A stretch of 64,000 nt of DNA from assembly GCA_037190965.1 (NCBI GenBank), contig JBBCKI010000034.1:68519-132518 (forward strand). Reading direction: 5' to 3'. Shown in pieces: positions 1-9,995 of the stretch. The DNA is from Chthoniobacteraceae bacterium (GTDB lineage Bacteria > Verrucomicrobiota > Verrucomicrobiia > Chthoniobacterales > Chthoniobacteraceae). Positions within the stretch are counted from its first letter, which is position 1. The number at the start of each line of letters is the position of its first letter. The position numbers and the translations under genes were made by a program. The notes beneath the pieces are model-generated. The model worked only from the letters and a program-made list of their open reading frames with translations. It was not told where the DNA came from and did no database searches.

Positions 1-1
1 G

Positions 2-2044
2 TTGTTTTCGCCATTGGAGCTCCTCGATAAAGTGATCGAGGACAACCAGGGAAACCTGGTCCAGTATTGGGGCTTCGATGGAGGCGGTGCCCCCGTTACC
101 TATGCGCGGCATCGGGCCCTGGAAGATCTCGGGATGGTCGCCCCGGAGCCGGATTGGGAGAATCTCAAGAATCTGCGCGTGACCGATTGGATCGACCCTC
201 AGCAATACAAAGGCCGGTCGGGCGCGGGCGTCGTCAAGCTGATCAAAGCCGCGCGGGAGAAGGGGATCTACATCGCCTTGATCTACACCCAGGCGACTCC
301 GGAATGGTCGGCTCAATTTGTTGAAGCCGGTGGCAATCACTACCTGGGGTACGACTTCGGCGAGAGTTTTTCGTTTGGCCTCTGGGAGGACCACGTTACC
401 CCCGAGGCGTTGGACAAGGTCACCCTCCGGACACTGGCGGACGATCTGATGAAGCGTGTGAGCGATCACGTGGACCAGCGGCACGCCACCGGCTGGGGCA
501 ACGTGATGGCGACGAGTTCCAACTTCCATCTCGACTACGAAATCGCCGCCGGAGCCGACGTGCCGATGGTGGAGGATTTCGCCTTTAAGCACCTCAATCT
601 TTCCTCCGCTTTGTCCCGGGGGCTTTACCGCCAGTATCAGCTTCCGATCTGGGGTTCCCACCTCGCGCACGAGCACTATTCCTGGATCCCATACTCCAGC
701 GAGCACAAGTTCGCCCTGCTGCGGGCGTCGATGTACCACAAGTACATGGCGGGGAGCAAAGCGATCATCAACGAGAGCGGCGGCTGGTATCTTGAGGCGC
801 AACTCGTGACCGATTCGCCGATGTTCGAGACCCCGCGCGTCGAACTCGGGCCCTTAAACGTCCGCGATCCTGAACTCGTCGCGCCTTACGTTAAAGAAGC
901 ACGCAAGACCTACGGGAAGATCAACTACCACTCACCGACGGCGAAGAGCTACCGGAAGGAAATTTCGGATTTCTACGACTTCGTCAAAGCCAATGGGACC
1001 CCCGCAGGGCAGCCGGAGGCCACCCTTGGCGTCATCAAGGGCAATCTCGACCTCGGCGGCGAACAGCATTGGCCCAACAGCGCCATCGCGGGAGTTTTCT
1101 CGCTCGCCGATCACGATCCCCGCTGGTACAGCGGCCAGCCGGAGCGCGGCTGGAACATCGTCACGCAGGTCTTCTTTCCACGGCCTCCCGTATTGGGGCC
1201 CTGGCACAATCTGTTTCTTTCCGGAACTCCTTACGGGCAGGTCGATGTGGTCAGCTTTGCCAAGGACAATGTCGATGCGGACTTCCTTGGCACGCAATAC
1301 AAGGCTCTGCTGTTTGCAGGCTGGAACACCGCCTCGGAGAAACAGTACACCGAGCTGTGCCGATACGTGGAAAATGGAGGAATTCTCTTCCTCTCGCTGC
1401 CGCATCTCTCCACCAATGAACGCAGGAATTATTCAACCTTCGGGGTGGAAGAGCTGGTGCGCGGAGGCGATTTCTCGGAGCTCTGCGGCGTCCGTGTGAA
1501 GGGAAAGGGCCGCAGGTTCTACTGGGCCACCGCGCCGGATCGCAAGGGTGAACTCGGCTTCGAGTTTCCCCGCCGCTTTGGCATCCTGAGCACCTGCATG
1601 GGCGACGTCGAGGTGACCGACCCTACTGTCGAATTCCTCGCGGTTGACGACGAGAATATGGATCTCCCTGTCTTGCTGCGGCGCAAGCTGGGCAAGGGAG
1701 AGGTCTACTTCCTTAATACCTGGGCTTATCCCGGCGTCACCGATGCCGATTATGGCCCGGGTGCCACGATGGATTCCCCGGGGCTGGCAGGGTATGTCTA
1801 TCGGCATATCGCCCGCAAGGTGAGGGGATCGGTCTGGATCACCGATGACGGCTGCGACGCCGGGCGGGAGTGCGGCTTTGTTTCCTACTCTTACTTCCCG
1901 GAAGACGGGACGATCTGTCTTCAGAATATCGATTTCGATCACCCTCACCGAATTGTTCTCCATCGTTTTGGAAAGACGGAGTCTGTGGAGCTCGCCGCCG
2001 GAGAATTCCGTTTGCTGAAGTCCGCAGATCAGCCGATCGCATAG
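2..2044 (+). CDS. Putative glycoside hydrolase-like protein with C-terminal beta-galactosidase-trimerisation (GATase-like) domain; probably 5'-truncated by window edge
   Basis: 680-aa ORF running from the window edge. C-terminal part (YVENGGILFL, ELCGVRV, LRRKLGKGEVYFL) resembles GH42 trimerisation domains. First gene of a tightly packed CAZyme operon. Confidence 0.55.
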   Translation: MFSPLELLDKVIEDNQGNLVQYWGFDGGGAPVTYARHRALEDLGMVAPEPDWENLKNLRVTDWIDPQQYKGRSGAGVVKLIKAAREKGIYIALIYTQATPEWSAQFVEAGGNHYLGYDFGESFSFGLWEDHVTPEALDKVTLRTLADDLMKRVSDHVDQRHATGWGNVMATSSNFHLDYEIAAGADVPMVEDFAFKHLNLSSALSRGLYRQYQLPIWGSHLAHEHYSWIPYSSEHKFALLRASMYHKYMAGSKAIINESGGWYLEAQLVTDSPMFETPRVELGPLNVRDPELVAPYVKEARKTYGKINYHSPTAKSYRKEISDFYDFVKANGTPAGQPEATLGVIKGNLDLGGEQHWPNSAIAGVFSLADHDPRWYSGQPERGWNIVTQVFFPRPPVLGPWHNLFLSGTPYGQVDVVSFAKDNVDADFLGTQYKALLFAGWNTASEKQYTELCRYVENGGILFLSLPHLSTNERRNYSTFGVEELVRGGDFSELCGVRVKGKGRRFYWATAPDRKGELGFEFPRRFGILSTCMGDVEVTDPTVEFLAVDDENMDLPVLLRRKLGKGEVYFLNTWAYPGVTDADYGPGATMDSPGLAGYVYRHIARKVRGSVWITDDGCDAGRECGFVSYSYFPEDGTICLQNIDFDHPHRIVLHRFGKTESVELAAGEFRLLKSADQPIA

Positions 2045-2074
2045 GTTTACCGCTTCTACGACATCCCTCTTTTT

Positions 2075-3973
2075 ATGACCCATCACAATCAGGTCACCTT
2101 CGACGCAGAGCAGCAGTGCTTCGTGCTCTCTCTTTCCGGTTTCGATCCGCTCAGATTCTCGCCCCGAGCCGAAATTGACGGCACGGATGTAGGAGCGCTT
2201 GCATGGAAACCCTCCGGCGAGGACGGCGTTTTTCAGGCCGCGAATCCCGCTGGCGATTGGACTTATCGGATCCTCCATTCCGCTCAGGGCATCGGCTTCA
2301 GCCTTGAATGTCGGCTGTCCGCACGGACGGAGCCGGTCAGTGGGGTTGTCCTGAAGCCGTTGCAGATCGAATCCATCGAGGTGAACCATGTCCTGTGCCA
2401 TGGGCGGGGGATGGGCCAGTGCGATAGCTATCCTGTTGAAGCAACGACCTCCGAGGCCATCAAAAGCATCTTTTACATCTCCCTTACCCGGGGTGAGAAA
2501 ACCTTGCAGCTATCCCATCCACTGATCCAGGGAGATCTCTCCGGTTTTTCCGGCCGTATCGAGGGGAATCGTGTCGTAGGGCTGACTTCCGCCACCGTGA
2601 TCGACCCGGTGTGCGGCGAGGCGCTGAGATCAGAGACGGTGACGGTTGCATCCGGCAAGGGGCATGAGCTGATGGAAGGCTGGGCGGCGATTCAGATCGG
2701 CGATCGCGAACCTCTTTCCATCCCGCAAAAGAGCGGGTGGAACAGTTGGGACTATTACCGCTGGACCATTACCGAAGAGGAGGTTCTCAAGAACGCCGAG
2801 TTCATCGCCGCCGATCCCATTCTTTCCCAGCATGTCGAGCGCATCGTGATCGATGATGGCTGGCAGTATTGCTACGGCGAATGGGAGGCCAACAGCCTTT
2901 TCCCGTCGGGCATGGAGTCGCTGGCAAAGAAGATCAACAAGATGGGATTCACGGCGGGGCTTTGGATTGCGCCTACGTTGGTTGAGCCGCATTCCCGGAT
3001 CGCACAGCTTGACCCTGACATGATGGCGATGGGCCTCTCCGGGCTTCCTTGCCTGGCATTTTCCTGCATGAGAAGAAATACGTTTCTTCTCGATCCGACC
3101 CGCCCCCGGGTCAAACAATGGTGGGACCAGCTCTTCCGCCGTTACGCGGGGTATGGCTTCCGCTATTTTAAACTCGATTTTCTGGGGGCCACCCTCGATG
3201 CGCCGCGTTTTTTCGCGCCGGTGCCCAAGGGCGAGATGATGCGGGAGATCCTCGAACCCATTCGCGCTGCGGTGGGGCAGGAGAGCCGTATTCTCGGCTG
3301 CAATTACCAGTTTCAGGGCGGTCGCGGCCTTGTGGACGAGGCCCGGATTTCCGCGGATATCCATGCCGATTGGGAGAGCGTCAAGATGAACGTCAACTCC
3401 ATCGCCGCGCGCTACTGGGCGCACGGGCGGCTCTGGATCAATGATCCCGACTTTGCCGTCTGCCGGGGCGAGGAGACCTCCAATGACCTCGATCTGCATC
3501 GCCTCAAGCCTTTGCTGGTCTTCGTCGAGCCACAGGAGAAGGATCCAAAGCACTTCTTCAGCAGCATCATTGATTTGAACCGGCGGGAAGCCGAAGTGCT
3601 CCTGAGCCTGGTGATCATTTCGGGCGGCGCGCTGAATCTTTCCGATAACCTCCCCAGGCTCAACGCCGACGGGCTCCGGCTCGCAAGAAAAGCCGTATGC
3701 GCCGAGAAAGGCGAGGCGGCGATTGCGCTCGACCTGTTCACGGCAAAATACCCTGCCTACTGGGCGCAGAAGCTCTCCTCGGGCCTGCATCGCCTCCTCA
3801 TCATCAACTGGGGCGAAACAAGGCAGGAATACAGCGTCAACCTCGACACGCTCAACTTCCCCAAGGGCAACCTGACGGATTTCTGGTCGGAGCAGTCCTT
3901 GAAGGTTTCGGGAGGACACCTCTCGACAGTGCTTGAACCCCACTCCTGCCTCCTGGTTGAGGCAAAAAATTGA
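2075..3973 (+). CDS. Alpha-galactosidase-like glycoside hydrolase (clan GH-D, GH36/GH27)
   Basis: Motifs SGWNSW, VIDDGWQ, YFKLDF (nucleophile), RISAD (acid/base), WINDPD; C-terminal beta domain ending LEPHSCLL. Confidence 0.85.
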   Translation: MTHHNQVTFDAEQQCFVLSLSGFDPLRFSPRAEIDGTDVGALAWKPSGEDGVFQAANPAGDWTYRILHSAQGIGFSLECRLSARTEPVSGVVLKPLQIESIEVNHVLCHGRGMGQCDSYPVEATTSEAIKSIFYISLTRGEKTLQLSHPLIQGDLSGFSGRIEGNRVVGLTSATVIDPVCGEALRSETVTVASGKGHELMEGWAAIQIGDREPLSIPQKSGWNSWDYYRWTITEEEVLKNAEFIAADPILSQHVERIVIDDGWQYCYGEWEANSLFPSGMESLAKKINKMGFTAGLWIAPTLVEPHSRIAQLDPDMMAMGLSGLPCLAFSCMRRNTFLLDPTRPRVKQWWDQLFRRYAGYGFRYFKLDFLGATLDAPRFFAPVPKGEMMREILEPIRAAVGQESRILGCNYQFQGGRGLVDEARISADIHADWESVKMNVNSIAARYWAHGRLWINDPDFAVCRGEETSNDLDLHRLKPLLVFVEPQEKDPKHFFSSIIDLNRREAEVLLSLVIISGGALNLSDNLPRLNADGLRLARKAVCAEKGEAAIALDLFTAKYPAYWAQKLSSGLHRLLIINWGETRQEYSVNLDTLNFPKGNLTDFWSEQSLKVSGGHLSTVLEPHSCLLVEAKN

Positions 3974-3994
3974 TCTTTCCGTTCACTTTTCATC

Positions 3995-5923
3995 ATGAAC
4001 CCTGTCGTCTCCCATAAGGCCCAGAAGGGCCATAAAGGCCCTTCGGTCCGCTATGCCCTCGACTTTTCAACCGCCGCTTCCCTGGAAACGGGCCTGAAAG
4101 AGATTGTCGAACATCTTCCTGCCCGCTTCACCGATTCGGCGGAGGGGCACAAGATTTCCTTCCGCTTTGAGGAGGGGCTCGACGGCTATCGTATTGTCCG
4201 ATCGGAACAGTCCACGGAGATTTTCTATTCGCAGAAAAGCCTCGCCTTCCGCGCCCTCGCCGTTGCGACGGGCCGGGATGCAAAGCCCGGGACCGTCGAG
4301 GAGCGCCGGGCGTTTTCGGAGCTGGGCGTCATGCTCGACGTTTCCCGCAATGCGGTTTTCACCGTCGAAGCCGTCAAACGGATGTTCCGGTACCTGGCGC
4401 TCATGGGTTACAACACCGTGCAGCTTTACACGGAGGATGTCTATGAGATCGATGGCGAGCCGCTCTTTGGTTACTTTCGAGGCCGTTACCGGGCCGGGGA
4501 ATTGAAGGAGATCGATGACTATGGAGATGTCTTCGGCATTGAAGTCATCCCCTGCATCCAGACGCTGGGGCATCTGGAGCAGATCCTGCAATGGCCTGCC
4601 TATTCGGCGATCATCGATTCACCGGGGGTTCTGCTGGCGGGAGATCCTGCAACCTATCAGTTGATCGGGAAGATGCTCGACGCCGTCTCTTCGGCGTTCC
4701 GGAGCCGCCGGGTGCATATCGGCATGGATGAAGCGCACGGAATCGCCCTTGGGCGCTATCGCAAGCTGCATGGCGATGTCCGCCCTTTTGATGTGCTCAA
4801 CGAGCACTTGAAGAAGGTCGCCGCCCTTTGCGACGACCGGGGGCTAAAGCCGATGATCTGGAGCGATATGTATTTCCGCCTCGGCTCCGCGCACAACGAC
4901 TACTATGACAAGGAAACGGTCATTCCCGAATCCATCGTCGCGGAGATTCCCGCCGGGGTCGAGCTCGTGTATTGGGATTACTATCACGATGATCCCGCGT
5001 TTTATACCGACTGGATCGCGCGGCATCGGAATTGCCTTGGCAAAGAGCCGATTCTGGCGGCGGGCGGGTGGACCTGGAATAGAATGTGGACCCACTACGG
5101 CCTGCTTGAGGCAACCGTCTCCGCAGGGATGAAGAGCGCGAGGGAGGCAGGTCTCGGCAGGGCTTTCCTGACCATTTGGGGCGACGACGGCAACGAGTGC
5201 GATCCTTTCGCGATGATGTCGGCGATCCAGTATTTTGCCGAGCATGCTTTCTCTTCGGAGGTAAATGCCGATCTTCTTGCCCGGCGTTTTGAAAGCGCCT
5301 GCGAGGAGAACTTCGAATGGGTGCGCCTGGGTGGCGCTCTGGACATCGTGGAATCCCTCGCGCCGCCGCACGATAACTATTCCAATTTCAGCAAGTGGCT
5401 CCTGTGGCACGATCCGCTGCTCAACTTCCTGGAAAAGCTGATTCCGTCGATTCTCCCGGCTCATTACCGGGAGCTGGCCGCGAAATTCAGGAGCTACTGC
5501 CCGAATGAGAAGACAGCCATCCATCTCGCCTTTGCCACGCAACTGGCCGACACGATGGCTCTCAAAACCCGCCTGCATCTTGAGGTGCGGCCTGCCTATC
5601 GTGAAGGAGATCACAAAACCCTGCGGACTCTCGCCGGGCTGGTCACCGAGACCATCGAGTCCTTCCAGAAGCTTCAGGAGCTTCATTGCACGATCTGGCA
5701 TGAATGGCGGAAGCCTTTCGGCTGGGACACGATCGAGCGGCGTTATGCCAGCGTGATCTCCCGCCTCGGAAGCCTGCAAAAGGCGTTGAAGCGCCACCTG
5801 GCCAATCCCGCAAGCCGGATTGCCGAGCTCGATGAGGAACCATGCAAGATCGGCGGGGCTGAGCACCTGCATCATCATCACTTCACCTACGCAAGGGCCT
5901 GTTCCGCAAGCACTCTCCTGTGA
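3995..5923 (+). CDS. Beta-N-acetylhexosaminidase, GH20
   Basis: GVMLDVSRNAV, LYTEDVY, IPCIQTLGHLE, catalytic HIGMDEAH, MIWSDM, YWDYY motifs. Confidence 0.9.
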   Translation: MNPVVSHKAQKGHKGPSVRYALDFSTAASLETGLKEIVEHLPARFTDSAEGHKISFRFEEGLDGYRIVRSEQSTEIFYSQKSLAFRALAVATGRDAKPGTVEERRAFSELGVMLDVSRNAVFTVEAVKRMFRYLALMGYNTVQLYTEDVYEIDGEPLFGYFRGRYRAGELKEIDDYGDVFGIEVIPCIQTLGHLEQILQWPAYSAIIDSPGVLLAGDPATYQLIGKMLDAVSSAFRSRRVHIGMDEAHGIALGRYRKLHGDVRPFDVLNEHLKKVAALCDDRGLKPMIWSDMYFRLGSAHNDYYDKETVIPESIVAEIPAGVELVYWDYYHDDPAFYTDWIARHRNCLGKEPILAAGGWTWNRMWTHYGLLEATVSAGMKSAREAGLGRAFLTIWGDDGNECDPFAMMSAIQYFAEHAFSSEVNADLLARRFESACEENFEWVRLGGALDIVESLAPPHDNYSNFSKWLLWHDPLLNFLEKLIPSILPAHYRELAAKFRSYCPNEKTAIHLAFATQLADTMALKTRLHLEVRPAYREGDHKTLRTLAGLVTETIESFQKLQELHCTIWHEWRKPFGWDTIERRYASVISRLGSLQKALKRHLANPASRIAELDEEPCKIGGAEHLHHHHFTYARACSASTLL

Positions 5924-7620
5924 GCCTATTCTCTCCCATCTCCAATCGTTCCGCCTCGACCAGGGCCCTTTACCTGGCGGTTTACCTCTTATTGACCGCC
6001 GGGGCGTTGACGATGGTGGTCCCGCTGATGATCACCTTGTCGGGCGCGATGTCGGGCCCTTACGAGTCGGCGTCGATTTCCCTCTACCCGCGTTTTATCT
6101 TTAGCGAAAGCGCCCTTTGGAACCGGTACCTGGAGGCCAGGTATGGCGGGGCGATCGAGAACTTCAAGATGTCATGGGGGATGGATAGTCTCGATTTTTT
6201 CGAGACGCCGCCCGTCCCGCCGCAGGATGACAAGGCAGTTGCGCTCTGGAAGGAATTCAGGGCTGAGAAAGGACCGTTGAGTCCGCATTTCGCCGGTTTG
6301 GCGCAAACACGCTGGTCCAACCAGAATGCTTCGCTGGAGAACGTCCTCTTTCGCAAATGGTTGCTCGGTCGCCACGGGAACGATCTGGCGAAGCTCAATG
6401 AAGCGCTGTTCGTCGATTTCCCCAACGGCTTTGCCATCGTTCCTCCGCCGCAGAACCGGTTGGTGCTACTCGATCCCGACGGCCCTTACTTTCAGACCTT
6501 CAATGAGTATCTCCTCACGGTTCACGAAGATCGCCGGATGCCGTGGAATGCCGGGAATTTCTATCGCGCCGTGTTTCTCCCGAGGATCTACGGCAGCAGC
6601 ATCGAGAAATATAATGCCGAGTTGGGAACGGCCTATGGCAGTTTTGCGGAGGTTCCCTTTCCTTCGGAAGTTTCCGAAGGCGATGGAGGCCCGTGGTTGA
6701 AGTTTTTGAAACGGGTCTTGAACCCGGCGTTCATCGAGTTTACCCCGGCCGGGGAGGCCGCCTGGAAAGCCAGCGGGTTTAACAAGGTGGATTTCGTGAA
6801 GATGAACGCCGAGGCGGCGCATCTGCGTGTCGTGAGCGTGGATACGGAATTCGCCCGGTGGGCGGCGGAGCGGGGGATCCCCGACGCGCGCATTCCCCAG
6901 CCGCAACTGGACTGGGCGACCTTCAAGGCCGAGAAGAGCTTCTGGCGCTGGCAATTTGCGACGCAGAATTTTTCGCAGGTCATCGAAGAGGTGCTCGTGC
7001 AGAGCAACGGCGCCCGCAATACCTTGATCCTGATTGTCCTGAGCGTGGGCGGCGCGCTGACCGTCAACCCGATGGCGGCGTATGCGCTTTCCCGCTTCAA
7101 GCTCAAGCAAAGCTATCAGGTCCTCCTCTTCTTTCTTGCCACGATCGCCTTTCCCGGCGAGGTGGCGATGATCCCCAACTTCCTTCAGATCAAGGAGCTC
7201 GGGATGATCAATACCTTCTGGGCGTTGACGATCCCCGGGCTGGTCAGCGGCTTCTCGATCTTTCTCTTGAAAGGGTTTTTCGACAGCCTACCCAAAGAGC
7301 TCTATGAAGCCGCCGACATCGACGGTGCCAGCGAATGGCAGATCTTCTGGGGCATCACGATGAATCTCTCCAAGCCGATCCTGGCGGTCATTGCGCTCGG
7401 TGCCTTTACCGCAGCGTATGGGGCGTTCATGTTCGCGTTGATTCTCGCTCCCGATCCCGACATGTGGACCATCATGGTCTGGATTTATCAGCTCCAACAG
7501 GGCGCAGGCCCCGGCATCATCTACGCCTCCATCCTTATCACCGCGTTCCCAATGCTTATCGTCTATGTCTGCGCGCAGAACGTGATCATGCGGGGCATCA
7601 TCGTCCCTTCTGAAAAATGA
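5920..7620 (+). CDS. Carbohydrate ABC transporter permease (MalG-like) with ~290-aa extracytoplasmic insertion
   Basis: N-terminal TM helix, large soluble insert, then AAYALSRF and EAA loop (FDSLPKELYEAADIDGAS). Overlaps both neighbours by 4 bp. Confidence 0.9.
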   Translation: MSLFSPISNRSASTRALYLAVYLLLTAGALTMVVPLMITLSGAMSGPYESASISLYPRFIFSESALWNRYLEARYGGAIENFKMSWGMDSLDFFETPPVPPQDDKAVALWKEFRAEKGPLSPHFAGLAQTRWSNQNASLENVLFRKWLLGRHGNDLAKLNEALFVDFPNGFAIVPPPQNRLVLLDPDGPYFQTFNEYLLTVHEDRRMPWNAGNFYRAVFLPRIYGSSIEKYNAELGTAYGSFAEVPFPSEVSEGDGGPWLKFLKRVLNPAFIEFTPAGEAAWKASGFNKVDFVKMNAEAAHLRVVSVDTEFARWAAERGIPDARIPQPQLDWATFKAEKSFWRWQFATQNFSQVIEEVLVQSNGARNTLILIVLSVGGALTVNPMAAYALSRFKLKQSYQVLLFFLATIAFPGEVAMIPNFLQIKELGMINTFWALTIPGLVSGFSIFLLKGFFDSLPKELYEAADIDGASEWQIFWGITMNLSKPILAVIALGAFTAAYGAFMFALILAPDPDMWTIMVWIYQLQQGAGPGIIYASILITAFPMLIVYVCAQNVIMRGIIVPSEK

Positions 7621-9986
7621 GAAAACTGGGTCTGTTTTTGCTTTTGAGTGTCTTTCTGGGACACATGGCCTCCGGTTCCGAGAAGATCGTTCTCCGGGTC
7701 GCCGGGCTCACCGCCGGCAGTTCGGCTTCGCCCTCTGGCGTGGCTGACAACCGGGTCATGGCGGAATTCAAACGGCGCAATCCCGATATCGACCTACGGC
7801 CTGCCACGGGCTTGAAAATCGAGAGCGTCGGCGATGAAGTCCTTCCGCTCATGATGATTGCGGGCGGTATTTCGCCGGACATTCTTAATGTCAATTTCCG
7901 CCGGATCGATAGCTATGTCCGGCAAGGGTTCCTCTATCCGCTTGACGAGTTTATCGCCGCCGAGGAAGCCAGGGATCCGTCGTGGAGACGCAACCGCATT
8001 CTTCCCCAGATTGAGCAGGTGGTCGTGCGTCCCTCGCGGGATGGAAACCGCCACAGTTATGCAATCCCGATGAACTACGGTGTAATGGGGCTCTATTATA
8101 ACCGGCCGCTCTTCCGCGAGGTGGGGCTCCCGGAGAGAGCGCCCAAGGATTGGGATGAGATGGTGGAGTTCGCCAAAAAGATCAACGACGCCGATCCGCG
8201 CAACAAAGGACTCATCCTCAATAGTGGCCAGCAGTCTTCATGGAACCTGATGAACTTCCTCTGGTCCACCGGGGGAGAAGCCGTCGAGGAAGTCGCGCCC
8301 AACGATTGGCGTGCCACGTTCAACTCCGACGCGGCGGTGGAAGCTTTTGAGTTCTACTACAGGCTGACCGAAGGCGAGAAGATCGCCACCCGTGGAGATA
8401 TCGGCCAGATGACCGCGGGCGGCAACGCGCGCCGTGTCGGGATGCAGTTTAGCTATATCGGCACCCAGGGGCGAATGGACCCGAGCATCTGGGGGTTCGG
8501 AGCGGTTCCCCTCGGGCCAACAGGATTGCGCGGCGCGGAGATCAACGCCTCGATGCTCGGCATTTTTGCCGGGGTGAAGGATCCCAAGGTCCGCGATGCC
8601 GCCTGGCGGTATATCGAGTTCATGGGGAGCGACGTGGCCAACAAGATCCGCACGGACACCCTGGTGGAAATGGGTCAGGTCAACCAGATCAACCCGGTGA
8701 CCCTGCGCAAGTTCGGGTACACTTCCTTCCTTGGCCTCTCCGAGCCCGGTCTTGAAGAGGAGTTCAAGCTGGCCATGGAGACCGCCAAGCCCGAGCCGTT
8801 CGGCAAGAACTGCAACCTCGTCTATATCGAGATGACCTATCCGCTCGATCAGATTCTCCTGAGCGGAAAGATTGCCAGCCTCTGGAAGAGCGGCAAACGG
8901 GAAGAAGTCCGCGCGGAGATAAAGCGCATTCTGAACGACGCGGTCGCCATCACCAACGAGCGGATGCTAGGCATGATCGCACCGGAGGAGATGCAACAGC
9001 GCCGCATCGTGGCATGGATCGCGGTGGCTTGCATTGTCGCGGCCTTTGCCTACGTGGGGCGCATGATCTTCAAGACGTTCTCTGAAGTCGGCCAGGCGAC
9101 GAGCCGTGTTCGCGGGATTCAGAAGTACTATGCATGGGGGCTTCTGGCGATCCCCATCGCGCTGACTCTTGCCTGGAGTTACCTTCCGGTCATCCGGGGA
9201 GCGGGCATGGCGGTGCTCGACTACCAGCTTCTCCTGAAGTCGTCGTATGTCGGCATCGATAACTTTGCCAACGTGCTGTACGATCTTCGGTTCTGGAAGT
9301 CGCTTCTGGCCACCGTGCATTTCGCCTTCTGGTTGCTGACGCTGGGATTCTTTGCGCCCATCCTGCTGGCATATCTGCTGCATATCGCGCCGAAGCAGAA
9401 GTTGCTCTTCCGCACGCTATACTACCTTCCATCCCTTCTTTCCGGGGCGGCGTTGTACGTGCTTTGGAAGCAGTTCTTTTCCCGGAACGGGATGGTAAAC
9501 GAATTGCTCGCGCTGGTGGGAATCAATGTCCAGCGGGCCTGGCCGGACGATCCGGTCCTCGCCATGCTCTCCTGCGTGATCCCTACCGTCTGGGCGGCCT
9601 CCGGCCCGGGGTGTCTGATCTATCTTGCCGCGTTGAAGACCATCCCGGAGGAGCAGTTCGAAGCCGCCGAAATTGACGGAGCCAGTTTTCTCAGCAAGAC
9701 GATGCATATCGTCTTCCCGGGGTTGAAACCGCTGATCATCATCAACTTCGTGGGGGCGGTGGCCGGGGCTTTTCACTCTTCGCAGAATATCCTGATCATG
9801 ACGGGCGGCGGCCCGAACGGCGCGACAGAGGTGGCTTCGCTGCGTCTCTTTTACGAGGCATTCATGTTCCTGAACTTCGGCCCGGCAACCGCCATGGCGT
9901 GGATCCTGGGGGCCATGCTGATCGGCTTTACCTTGATTCAGCTCCGTCGCCTTAGCAGGATGGAGTTCAAGGGAACGGGAAGTTAG
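7617..9986 (+). CDS. Fused extracellular solute-binding protein + carbohydrate ABC permease (MalE-MalF-like)
   Basis: Signal peptide; SBP motifs (GFLYPLDEFI, YAIP, LYYNRPLFREVGL, PKDWDEM); then permease with YVGIDNF and EAA loop IPEEQFEAAEIDGAS. Confidence 0.9.
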   Translation: MRKLGLFLLLSVFLGHMASGSEKIVLRVAGLTAGSSASPSGVADNRVMAEFKRRNPDIDLRPATGLKIESVGDEVLPLMMIAGGISPDILNVNFRRIDSYVRQGFLYPLDEFIAAEEARDPSWRRNRILPQIEQVVVRPSRDGNRHSYAIPMNYGVMGLYYNRPLFREVGLPERAPKDWDEMVEFAKKINDADPRNKGLILNSGQQSSWNLMNFLWSTGGEAVEEVAPNDWRATFNSDAAVEAFEFYYRLTEGEKIATRGDIGQMTAGGNARRVGMQFSYIGTQGRMDPSIWGFGAVPLGPTGLRGAEINASMLGIFAGVKDPKVRDAAWRYIEFMGSDVANKIRTDTLVEMGQVNQINPVTLRKFGYTSFLGLSEPGLEEEFKLAMETAKPEPFGKNCNLVYIEMTYPLDQILLSGKIASLWKSGKREEVRAEIKRILNDAVAITNERMLGMIAPEEMQQRRIVAWIAVACIVAAFAYVGRMIFKTFSEVGQATSRVRGIQKYYAWGLLAIPIALTLAWSYLPVIRGAGMAVLDYQLLLKSSYVGIDNFANVLYDLRFWKSLLATVHFAFWLLTLGFFAPILLAYLLHIAPKQKLLFRTLYYLPSLLSGAALYVLWKQFFSRNGMVNELLALVGINVQRAWPDDPVLAMLSCVIPTVWAASGPGCLIYLAALKTIPEEQFEAAEIDGASFLSKTMHIVFPGLKPLIIINFVGAVAGAFHSSQNILIMTGGGPNGATEVASLRLFYEAFMFLNFGPATAMAWILGAMLIGFTLIQLRRLSRMEFKGTGS

Positions 9987-9995
9987 GCTTTTATC

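Noticed and set aside
5860..5885. His-rich tail (HLHHHH) of the GH20 protein as a tag or metal site
   Set aside because: Short low-complexity run in native context, with no vector sequence.
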